Below, one piece after another: positions 11,300-34,129 of a DNA stretch of 64,000 bases (positions are counted from its first letter, which is position 1; the number at the start of each line of letters is the position of its first letter). Source of the stretch: Azolla caroliniana. Taxonomy: Eukaryota > Plantae > Polypodiophyta. The stretch lies in NCBI GenBank assembly GCA_043228905.1, contig JBHGNT010000115.1:14863-78862 (forward strand), written 5' to 3'. Under the pieces are notes generated by a model that had not been told where the DNA came from, ran no database searches, and saw nothing but the letters and a program-made list of their open reading frames with translations. The position numbers and the translations under genes were made by a program.

Positions 11300-12880
11300 C
11301 TTATCGTCTTAATTGCTTCTACACAATGAGTGACTTTGAGGCCTGACATCCGAGGGTGTGTGGTTGTTTATGGTTTTTTGCTTCAACCAGGGAGAGGCCA
11401 AGTGGTGCAGGTGTGTCCATGCTCATCATCCCCTCTTGTCCTTGAAAAATTTCAATGGTTAAGTGATGGTAAATATTAGAAAGGTTATGGTTAACATTTT
11501 GTAGCTTATTCTCTCTATGTTGTTTTAGCTCTAAGATATATCTACCTAGTTTCTTTATATATAGGGTATCTAATAGCTTGGAGAGTGTGTCTTGGTATTT
11601 TACCCTTATCTCGACGTAAGTTGGACACTTGCATGTAAAGTGATACTCATCTTCTATCTCTATGTGACACAATCTACATATCATTTACTCTCTAGGAACT
11701 CCATTAGCACGACCATTCTCAACCTCAAGTTGGTGAGATGATACTCTAAGTTATCCATTGGCAACCCTTAATGCATTTGGTAAGAACGTACCTGGATATT
11801 TTGGTTGTATAATAAAAACTAACTTAGAGAAGTGCATGAAGTGTTCCTTATAGTACATACACCATTTTAGATGAGAGTGATTCTAGTGGGTTCATTCATT
11901 TATGTCGAGGGTAAATTTACCATATTTCTTGGTGTATTACTTTATTACGGTCCTCATAAGCGATTAAAGTTTTATCCATCTAGTGGTTGTACCTAAGAGG
12001 AGACATGTTATTAATGTCTCAGTCGTTTGCAATAACCCAACTTACCACAGTGTTATACCAAGAGCTAGTATCGCCAAACTCATAAAGTGATCAAGATGCC
12101 CCAAAAGCTTGCCGAGATATCCTATGTTGTGATTGGCTATGTATCCTATTAATTAAAACTATAAGTTGGAAAAGTGCTTCTACCAGCATTGGCGGTAAAT
12201 TGAACTTTGCTCTATGATGTCATGTTGCACTATGGATTTGCTTCGAAGTTAACGTGATAACATCATCACCAATGGTCTCTCTAATTGTGCCCACATGAAA
12301 GGTGGTAGCCTTGGGACATTAAGGTACCTTTGTTGGTCCTGTTGAGACTCAAAGAGTAAAATTATGCTATGAATAGAGCAAGAGATTAACTTGTGTACCC
12401 CTTAGGACTACTCGGTTGTTCCCTTACGAGTCATAAAATCAATGATCTCATCAATATACATCCCAAAAGGAGTCTGTGATAGGAGACAACCTTGTTTTGC
12501 ACCAATGGTGTTAGTGAAGCGATTGGATAGGCCACCCGAACATCGTACACACCTAGAGAGTTGCTCATATAAAGCATAGATAGCCCAAATCATGTAATCA
12601 TGTCATCTAATATCTCCAAGCTTTAAAGCCTATCAAGCAACCACTCTCTAGGGACTGTGTCAAAGGCGTTGCGGAAGTCCACAAAACAACAATGTAATTT
12701 CTTCTTGCAAACCTTGGGTTGGTAAATTAAGCATCTACGTGTGAAGATATGGTCAATAGTAGAGAAGGCTCATCTAAGCTAGCATTTCCAGGTGCTCGAA
12801 GACTTAATGGCTCCATATAATCGTTGAACTCTACTTACATTACTACACCATATAATTTAGCGAGCATATGACAAATCATA
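11300..12880 (-). mobile_element. Decayed non-LTR retrotransposon (RT plus C-terminal Cys/His domain)
   Basis: Minus-strand FSTIDHIF, LHCCFVDFRNAFDTVPR, TIGAKQGCLLS (RT); LRVSSHQLEVENGR..ICRLCH.EIEDEYHFTCKCPTY.EIR at the C-terminus. Many stops and frameshifts. Confidence 0.85.
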
Positions 12881-12984
12881 GATTGACATATTCGCATTCG
12901 TGGGGGTTCCCAAATGCATGAAAAGCATTCGGTAAAAAAAAAGAGAATTCATAAACTCACTCCTTTTTAGTTTCCTAATATAAA

Positions 12985-13300
12985 AAAAGGGAACTTCACA
13001 ATAAAAAAGGGACTTCACACTAATAAAATTTTAAAATAAATGTAAAAATATTCGTTTTATTTTTAATAGATAAATAAAATAAAATAAAGGTTCATCAATT
13101 CCTCACTTTTTATTCTCCCATAATTTATGGATATTTTTATCTTACATTAAAAATGGGACTTCACACTAATCATATTTCTATAATAAATATAAAATATTAC
13201 TTTTTTTAAAATAATAAATAAATAAACTAAAGGTTCATAAATTCCCCCCTTTTCTATTGGACACTGTAAAGGAGATTTAATACTAATCATATTTTTATAA
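12985..13300. repeat. AT-rich diverged tandem repeat (~150-bp unit)
   Basis: GGGACTTCACACTAAT..AATAAAT.TAAAA..AAAGGTTCAT.AATTCC repeated at ~13008 and ~13156; partial third copy at ~13270. Confidence 0.7.
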
Positions 13301-14588
13301 CTTTTTAATGAATGACTGTTCTTGTTTTAGTGAATTAATTTTTTTTATATTTGTTTTGCAAAACGAATGGTTCTATAGTATTCTTGGGGCCATCTCATAT
13401 TCTCAAATATTGGGAATATCACACATGGAGAATATTACAAATATCATTTATGGGACCAATCATAATGGTACCATATGTATTTGGGTCAATAGTGTCCCCT
13501 CTATCATCTATGTATGAGTGCCACTGTGGTGGAAAACCCTTGACGAGGACACGGTTGAAGAGTAGAGTGAGAAAAGGAGCTAGGCACGCTATATGAGAAA
13601 AGCATATATGATGTGTTCAACCCGCAATCCTATGTCACCTTCATAACCCTAGAGGTCATAAAAAGTGTTCATTCACATCGTGGGTCATGTCAAGTGTTCT
13701 CTAGAGTTCTTTTTGAGTCTTAAAGCTACACATATCACCCTTGAGCTTTGGTGCTGATCAAAGTCCTACTATAACTTCAAAGCGTAACAATACTTACATG
13801 CACGAACAGATCAGTGTTAGATGCTAGATCCTTGTCTTCACAATATGTACCTTCATAGTAATAAATAAAAGTGACATATCTCTGAATGGATAAGGCATTA
13901 TACAAGCAGCACCACGTGCTCAATTAAATGCTAAGTATCATCTGATATATCTGTACTTTAGTAATAGCTCAGCCAACCAAGACATAGTAACAAGAATGAA
14001 CATGGTACAATCACAATAACACTGAATACAATCCAGAACCTCTTTTAACCAATAGGAACCAAAACGTTCAAGCAATGAAAAAAGGATACTGCAATTACTG
14101 ATTATACACGCAGCAGCAAAATAATAGGTCACCAAAATGTTCAAACAATGAAAAAACAAAGATAACTCTTACCACATTATATATGCACATACAGTGCACC
14201 AATAAAATTGTCCTACACAATTTTGCAAGAAAATGACAGTACATAAAAATCCATATTTTCAACTAACATTCCTTGCATTCACATCATTTTTCCTTCCGAT
14301 TTTACTGATCTAGTGTACGGTAGACAACTCTGAATTTATGCACTGAATGCATCTGAATAGCCTTTGCTTTCTACACTGCAGTGTGCAACCACATGCTATG
14401 GATTCCAAAAGTTGATTATGAGAAAACAAAATGCTAAAATCTCTATTTCCAACATACGACACATTGATCAATACAAGCATTTCCCTCTCCTCTGCTGGAT
14501 CCATGATAGACTTGTGGTTATCGTGATTTCCATGATAAATTCTTTGTGCACTGCAGTCTCTTCTAAAACCTCTGATCTTGCTAATGTC

Positions 14589-26712
<12,124 letters not shown>

Positions 26713-26928
26713 GGCGATGGCGAGGTCGAAGGGGTCTTCTCTGTCTCACAAACACTTATTATGGCGATGGAACTCAAAAAAGTTCTACTCTGCCTGTGTT
26801 TCTTATCTCTCTCTGCCTCTCCTCCCCTCTCCTCTCCTCTCGAAGTGGACCCTAAAGCAACTGATAATAACTAAAATATCTGGTATGTTCTCACGCCCTC
26901 TCCACTAGTTCGACCTCAGGTTTCATTG

Positions 26929-26993
26929 ATTAGGGTTAGGGTAGGGGCACCCTCATGGGTAAGGTTATCAGGTTGGGATTAGGGTTAGGGTTT
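26929..26993 (-). promoter_or_regulatory. Telo-box / (TTAGGG)-like cluster upstream of the helicase
   Basis: TTAGGGTTAGGG at 26929 and TTAGGGTTAGGGTTT at 26979-26993 (AAACCCTAA on the gene strand), ~220-280 bp upstream of the ATG. Confidence 0.5.
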
Positions 26994-27441
26994 AAGCCAC
27001 CTAGCCAGCCATTCCCTAGGCCTTCGGACCACACCTCGAACCCGGGACATGAAACATTCGTAGCCCGTAGCCATCCGCTAATGCTTATCGCGTGCACCGA
27101 CCTCACTTGGATATCGGTTACTTCTCCCAATTGAACACGCCAAACCCCTCCTCGTTCCACACACTTGTATATCGGCTACTTGAGCACCTGCTTGATCTTA
27201 AGATGATAGATGAGTCGCACATGGCCTCGCCTTATGGATCAGTAGATGAGACTCAATGGAACGCTCTTTTTGGGTTTCATGGCCATGTTTATGATCATTA
27301 CTTTATATTATGGTGGTTGGCTTGGTGGTTTACACTAGAGCATCAAACTCATAACTTTGGGAGAACCTAAGTAAATTCAATCCTTGTTGTGGGCTAGGCC
27401 CTACCTCAAAGATTGCAATCCATCTCTCGTGGATAGATGTT

Positions 27442-27446
<5 letters not shown>

Positions 27447-27506
<60 letters not shown>

Positions 27507-27570
27507 CAGATATATGTGTGTGTGTGTGGGTGTGTGTGTGTGTGTATGTATATATATACATACATGTGTA
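27447..27570. repeat. Compound (CT)n(AT)n(GT)n microsatellite
   Basis: Direct reading. Confidence 0.95.
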
Positions 27571-27749
27571 TGTGCCCCATTTTATTGCTAATTTGTGGAT
27601 TTTAAGAAAACTCTTCATTGAGTTCCAATACACAAATTATGTATGGGAGAGAATGTTAAGTTTTTTGGGGTCTCAACTATGTACACACATGGACAAAAAA
27701 ATATGTGAAAATGATTGATGGAGTTCCAATACACAAATGGGAGAGAATG

Positions 27750-28400
27750 TTAAATATTAGGGCCTCAACAACACATGTACATGCACAAGAATATTGTTAT
27801 GTCAACTAAAGAGATCTCAAGGTTTCTTGATACATCTATTCGTTATATTGGGGTCAATGAAATGATATTAACAAAACAGTTGACCCTATACTATTTGGAA
27901 GAAATTGTCACGGCATGGACAACAATGGCATTAAAGAATCTCAAATCAATGTACTTAGTGTATCATTGATACTATATTTGACGAGATACGCACACCAAAT
28001 GCATATATACATAATTGTGCTAGTACTTGACATGAACCAAGTCTTTTCCACACAGAGTGAGTTATTGGTGCATTGAACGAAAATACGTGTACATGTAGCA
28101 ACGTTGCACAATGGAAATTAAAACATTGAACTTGCACACACTTTTAAGCATTTGGGTATTCATACAATGATGAATCTAAGTGCAAATGATGTTTGATACA
28201 AGGAATAAGTGTATGGCACAAACAATGTTCTCAAAGGGAGAATATTTGTGTGCATGATAATATTCGTACTTGGAGACTCAATGTGAATAAAGTTCAAATT
28301 TATATGGACATGTATGGGAGGAGAGAGTTGACAAAGGGTTATTGTTTTGAAATCTACGTATGTATATGTTATCCTTACAAGAGACATTAGCAAATAAGTA
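27750..28400 (+). pseudogene. Decayed PPR-like sequence
   Basis: IVTAWTTM (~27904-27927; cf. DVVxWTAM) and MDMYG (28304-28318; cf. LVDMYxKCG). Confidence 0.4.
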
Positions 28401-28732
28401 TCATACGTTACATTCTTACAATCTACGAAATAGATACCTAAAAAAAGAACATTAAACCTACATATGTATATGTTATCCTTGTGTAATGCACAAAATCACC
28501 ACATGTGAAGGCTTGCCTATTCAAGTACATAAATTCAATGAGCACAACGGATTAAAGTAAGAGTCTCATTGCTTTAATAATAAGATTTAGAGTTCTATAA
28601 CCCAATCCTCATTCTCTATCATGCAAGAGTCCACGTGATCATGAGCTTTGATCATCCAAAGTAAAATATAAAATGCAAGAAGAATTATTAAACTCTCGCG
28701 TCCTTTTTCCACCAATATATAATCGATAACTT

Positions 28733-30124
28733 CTAACGAATGTTATTAGTGATATCACCCAAAGGTTGATAAAGTTGAGGGAAATCAACGAGGGGTGCCA
28801 TGATCGAAGAGTTTGAGCCCGTGACGTTGAAAGGAGATTTCAAGGACAACTTGTTTCCAGTCGAGTGAGTAGGATTATTAGGAGGAGGCTGACGAATGGA
28901 TCGGCTTAGGTGGTGATTCATGTTCGATGCATGACTCATTACATTACTCTTAAGGCCAAGGCCAAGAGTGCTTGAGCTCTGTAGGGGATTGAGCTGGGTA
29001 ACGACAACGTCTTGGCACTCGAGGTGCGCCTTCTTGTGAGCCGCGAGGTTGCATTTGAACGCAAACTTCATCCCGCATTTGCATTTGATGGGCTCCCCGC
29101 ACAGCTTCTCGTGGTCCCTAAGGTCGACTTCGATGTAGAACTTCTTGCCACACTTACGACAGGCATGGCTCTTCTCGCCATCGCTGTGCTTCCGGCCGAA
29201 GTGGCGCCTGAGTTCGTACAGGCCGACGAATGTCTTGCGGCAGAGTGGGCACCTGGACGGGATTTTCTTGTTATGGCCGGGTCCCTTGGCCGTGGGGTTA
29301 CTATTGGTAGGGTCCAAGGACGGGGTTTTCCGCTGGAGCTTACAGACATCGGTCCCAGGGTAATGTGTCTTAAAGTGCATTTTCATGGTCTGAGGGTTTT
29401 TGAAGGTTTTATTGCAGCCTTCATAGCTGCATGTGAACGGCCTCCTGTTCTTGATGAGGTCCAGAGACACCACTGTCGCCACTGTCGGATCGTCATCTTC
29501 ATCGCACACAGCCGCCAATTTAGCAGAACCCGCCGAATGATTATTGGCTTGTTCTCCCATGATTGGCTTGTTCTCTGGATTCGCGGCCTTCTTTTTCTCC
29601 CCCAGATCTGCTCTAATCTTGTCCTGATTAGGCCTCGCCTCTTCCTGTTCTGCCTTCATCTCTCCCCGATCTGCCCTGGTCTCTCCCTGATTTGGCTTGA
29701 TGACTTGACCAGACGGTTGTTTCACCGGGGACAGGATCGATTTTAGCGTCGCTACTAAATTTGGGTGCATTCTGGGAGGGCTTAGATGATGGTCACGGGG
29801 GAAGGGAGTGTCACGGTAATTCCTGCTATAACCGTCGCTAAAAGCCATCAATTCTTGGCTTAGATCTGCAGAATCGCGAAGAAGAAACGATGAAGAATGA
29901 GAAGACGATGGATGGGGCGGTGGAGGAGGGGCAAGGATTGAGTAGAAATTGAGCCAATCTGGAGACTCGTCGATGATGAAATCGCCGCCGAAATTAGCGG
30001 ACAAACCAGCATCGATGTCTGAATCGTTAAAGATAGCATCAGAGTTCGCTACGCTAGAGCTGAAGGGGCTGAAAGGGAAAATGATGGAACCAGCGGAATT
30101 AGATGAGCTTGGATATTCATCCAT
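28733..30124 (-). CDS. Intronless four-finger C2H2/C2HC zinc-finger transcription factor, WIP/STOP1/IDD-related (~463 aa)
   Basis: Fingers CSYEGCNKTFKNPQTMKMHFKTH, CPLCRKTF..LRRHFGRKH, CRKCGKKF..DLRDHEKLC, CKCGMKF..LAAHKKAH. Likely start MDEYP at 30124. Confidence 0.9.
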   Translation of the reverse strand: MDEYPSSSNSAGSIIFPFSPFSSSVANSDAIFNDSDIDAGLSANFGGDFIIDESPDWLNFYSILAPPPPPHPSSSHSSSFLLRDSADLSQELMAFSDGYSRNYRDTPFPRDHHLSPPRMHPNLVATLKSILSPVKQPSGQVIKPNQGETRADRGEMKAEQEEARPNQDKIRADLGEKKKAANPENKPIMGEQANNHSAGSAKLAAVCDEDDDPTVATVVSLDLIKNRRPFTCSYEGCNKTFKNPQTMKMHFKTHYPGTDVCKLQRKTPSLDPTNSNPTAKGPGHNKKIPSRCPLCRKTFVGLYELRRHFGRKHSDGEKSHACRKCGKKFYIEVDLRDHEKLCGEPIKCKCGMKFAFKCNLAAHKKAHLECQDVVVTQLNPLQSSSTLGLGLKSNVMSHASNMNHHLSRSIRQPPPNNPTHSTGNKLSLKSPFNVTGSNSSIMAPLVDFPQLYQPLGDITNNIR

Positions 30125-30849
30125 AATATGTATATATATATACAGACACAATCAATCAATTAATCTGAATTATATATAGATTAGATAGATTATGGATTGG
30201 ATCAATCTAAATGATTAGAACTCTAATCAGGTGTCATAGAGGGAGTTTTCTGAATTATTAATGAATTCAGGATCAAGAAACTGTCTACTCTCCTGCTCTC
30301 TCTCATCGATCGTGGAGGAACGTAGAGAAAGAAAAAGGATGTTATAATGACAGAATGAATGAATGAATGAATGGAAGAGATATGGGTTGATTAGGAGCCA
30401 TTGAAAGCGCCTTATGTTTTGTACAGAGTTTGGTCTCATGTCTCATTCATTACACAACAAGTTTGGCCCATGATTTTAGCCCTAATCAAGTACCGCCTAA
30501 CAATATGTATGAGCACAATCATCTCCACCTTACTACACATACGCACATGTATAATGCCAATGTAGAAATCACATAAAAAATGCTAAGGCTCTAGACTCCA
30601 ATATACTTTTACTAGAGTCTAGGATTTCACCTTGTAGTAACACCCCCATGTACACTGCCCGACTACCCACTCCACATTAGCGTGTCATTTTGGACGAACA
30701 AACCCCAATTGGTTGCATGCCACATTCGTCTTGTTTTTCCACCCCAAATTCTTGGCATGCAATGCACCATCCTTACTCCAGGATTCCAAGGGCCCTGTCT
30801 AACTAGACTTGTGGCTCGACCCCCCCCCCTCATTAGACCTTTGTCTTCT

Positions 30850-33450
30850 AGAGCAATTTTTTAACATCTTGTAGAGGGTTTTCCTACTTCCCGTTTAGTT
30901 GCTTGATCAATATCAATGACGTGATAATGATGAAGTGTGTCTCGTGGAATACTAAATGTACATGGATTCATTGTGGTCGAATGCACTTGATAATTAGAGG
31001 GCTGGTCAAAGTGTGACTCGTCTTATGCTTAAAGGGTGAGGTATTGTCCACTAGTAGATCAAGCTCACACCCCACATCTTGAAGATATAGGTTGATAGAA
31101 TAGAAATTATCGTCACACAATTGCTATTAACTTGGAAACTTTGATTGAACTACCTTTGGTAGGCATTATCTTTTATTGTGTGAAGATATGATTATTATTG
31201 TTGTTTTCGAGTAGAATCCTTTTAAAGCTTTAGTGGTTGGATGCTCATTGCTAATGAATGGATAAACACATTTCACACATATATGTATCAAATAAAAAAA
31301 GTAAAGGTATATGGATGTTAGAACTAGACAATTCAACTCTTTTTTGACAATATAATATAGAATTGTTAGCACTTGCGTGGTCTAGACCCCAAATGATTGC
31401 TTTTAATTAGGATAAGAGGGGGAGGGGTGCATTACATGTCATTATTCCCAATGTCATGGCCTCCTAACTTGTTTGTTCTTCTTTCATGATGAAAAATAAG
31501 TTTAATGCCATGATAATTGCTTCATATAATGAACTTGTCTGTGTTCAAATGAGAAATAGAGTAAATAATAATAATTACAAGAGTTATACCTGGTTTGTCT
31601 CTTAAGGATTGTAATTGTTATGCTTATTTTAGTTTTGATAAGCTACTAGATTGAAAACATCATGATATATGACCATTGACTACAATAGTTATTACCTTCC
31701 TCAAATGTTTAATGAAACATACAATAACCATTCGGTTAAGTGCGCACTTTGAACGCATGGGTAAAGTACGCACTTAACCGAGCTATGCATTTAGGGATTT
31801 TCTGAAATTTTTTGGGGTTTTTTTATTAGGGTTTCTTGAAGTTTCTTCCTTCTGTGCTCTAACCATATGTTTCATGATTAGAGAAGTGATCAATTAATGT
31901 GATATAATTGACCTGAAACATTTATGATTTCAACATTTGTTGGATATCATTTCTTTCTTGATTCCATATTACCTTCTATTTTTGCCATTCTGCTAGGCCT
32001 ACCTAATGAACTTCCTTGGATGCGATGACATTTTTCCTTGTGTTCTCTTCCTATTGGCGGTAGGTTTGAGGAACCGTAGTACACATGGAGATGGAAGAGA
32101 CAAGAAAAGAGAGGCGAAGCAATGGAGAAAGGTAGGTTGGAATAAAAAGAAAATAAACGAGATGCACAAAAAGAGAAAGAGAAGGAGGAGGGAGGGAGAG
32201 AAAGAAAGAAGGAGAAAATTAAGAATGAATGAATTGAAGAAGGCGACAGGGGGGGGGGGGGGGGGGGGGAGGGATTGAGAGAACGAAAGAAAATTAAGAA
32301 AGAAAGAAACGGAATTAAGAATGAATGAATCCGGAAAAGGCAAAAGGAAAATTGGGTTAAGTAGGAAAGTTTATTTTCTCCAATTGAGAATCAAAATCGC
32401 CGACTCGTAGACACACACACACAACACACAACACACACACACACACTACAACTGGAGAGACCGATTCTGAATTTTGGTTCTTTTTTCTCTCTATGCGTTT
32501 CCAGGAGACCCCACCCACCATCACGTAACAATTTCTTTTATTTTTATTTTTTCCTAGAAACTCCTTTCTTCTATTGTTTTGTGAACATAGTTTTAATTTC
32601 GTTTGATGAAATTTCATCATGAACAATGTAATTTTTTAAATCTGGTTTTTGACCTCTATAAAAAAAAGCGCACTTAATAGAATGACACACTTAAGTGGGC
32701 ATGCACTTAACATAATGGTTACTATATGTGTATTTAAAAACACTATCTTTAGCTAAATGACAATCAGATTTTTAGAGAAATGGAATTCATTGAGAAAACG
32801 ATTTGCCTAGAATTCCACTATGTTATTATCTTGAAAACAAAAAGTTTGGTCAATTTCTCTTGTTCGAGATATTTAAACTTGGACACTTTCAATCTTGAAA
32901 TTACAATGTGTATAATGGCGAAACTAGAGAGAAAGCGTGACGGGTAATTACCTAGAGATCACAAGACCATGAGTTTGATGCACATTTAGGTTAGAATAAG
33001 TGATATATGTTGTAACAATTATGTGTGAAAATCAAGATTTGAACCCAAGACATCATGTTTATAGCCTAGAGTGAGAGAGTATGCAAGGTTCCTTATGTAG
33101 GAAATAAAAGAGCAACCACGGCTGGTATGGCATTTATGAGATAGAAGTCATCTTTTGCGCGTGACTTATAATATAGTCTATCATTGCTTAGTGGAGTCAC
33201 TCAAATGGGTTAAGCTAAATGACTATTAGATGACTCTAATAATGGATTTTAAAGAATCTTACTCAATACTTTTGGCATTCTAATTTGCCAATTTTAACAA
33301 AGGTCTATATTCTCATAATGATAATCGGGGGGTCTACCTTTATTATCAACTCTAAAAAATGGGTGGAATGACAATCGCTAGATATTTGCACAGTTCAATT
33401 AGAAGATATTCATCACCACTTCATACAATGTCTAACTTATCATCAAATTT
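30850..33450 (+). pseudogene. Decayed PPR-like sequence interrupted by a TIR element
   Basis: VSWNT (30939-30953), WNSL (~32781), EFDAHLG (32971-32991; cf. ExDxxLGNxL). Confidence 0.4.
31722..32724. mobile_element. Non-autonomous Tc1/mariner (pogo-like) TIR element
   Basis: Left end TA|CAATAACCATTCGGTTAAGTGCGC; right end, reverse-complemented, TA|TAGTAACCATTATGTTAAGTGCAT (consensus CAGTAACC). TA TSD at 31720-21 and 32725-26. Subterminal GCACTT repeats at both ends. No transposase ORF. Confidence 0.8.
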
Positions 33451-33933
33451 AGGTTTACATTTCTTGAATGTGTGTTTTGTCATGTTGTTGTGTTACATCA
33501 AGCCAATTGATATTTGTAGAATTTATACAACATGATGTAAATTTAGAGACAAAATTCAAATTTCTCTTTTTGAGGTATCAGGAATTATGTGATATTCGGG
33601 ATATGTACAATGATTTTATGTGTGTGGTGAAGGATTCATGGAGGCATATCATCAAAAGTTCAAGGAGTATTGATTTGGCAATTATGCTTATTGGAACAAA
33701 TGGAAATTCTCTCCTTCACTGGTTATTCTTCTTGCCTATTGCACTTCTACATTTCCACTATCCATGTAGCAATGAAACTAAAATAATCATTATAACATTG
33801 TAGTGTTTCCCACATATACATACATACATACATACATACATACACATACATATACATACATAGGCATGCATACAAACATATAAAAAGTAGAAGATAATAA
33901 CATTGTTTTCAATTAATGTCAGACTTCTTTCAA

Positions 33934-34129
33934 AATACAATTACATTTCTCAAAATTGGCAAGTTTTCTCATAGTATATTGAGAGGATATCATTTTGCTC
34001 CTTTTGACATATTGGGGCTTGCATCATAATTAATACAATTACATTTCTCAAAATTGGTAAGTTTTCTCATTGTATATTGAGAGGAGATCATTTTGCTCCT
34101 TTTGCCATATTGGGGCTTGCATCATAATT
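33934..34129. repeat. Near-perfect ~98-bp tandem duplication
   Basis: AATACAATTACATTTCTCAAAATTGG..GGGGCTTGCATCATAATT occurs twice. Confidence 0.9.

Noticed and set aside
29012-29746. 244-aa ORF antisense to the zinc-finger gene
   Set aside because: Mirror of a GC-rich coding strand; no recognisable domain.
31999-32343. Hydrophobic and basic ORFs inside the TIR element
   Set aside because: Low-complexity purine/pyrimidine tract; no transposase motifs.
33030-33080. B-box-like GGTTCAAATC on the minus strand (tRNA or SINE?)
   Set aside because: No cloverleaf, convincing A box or TSD.
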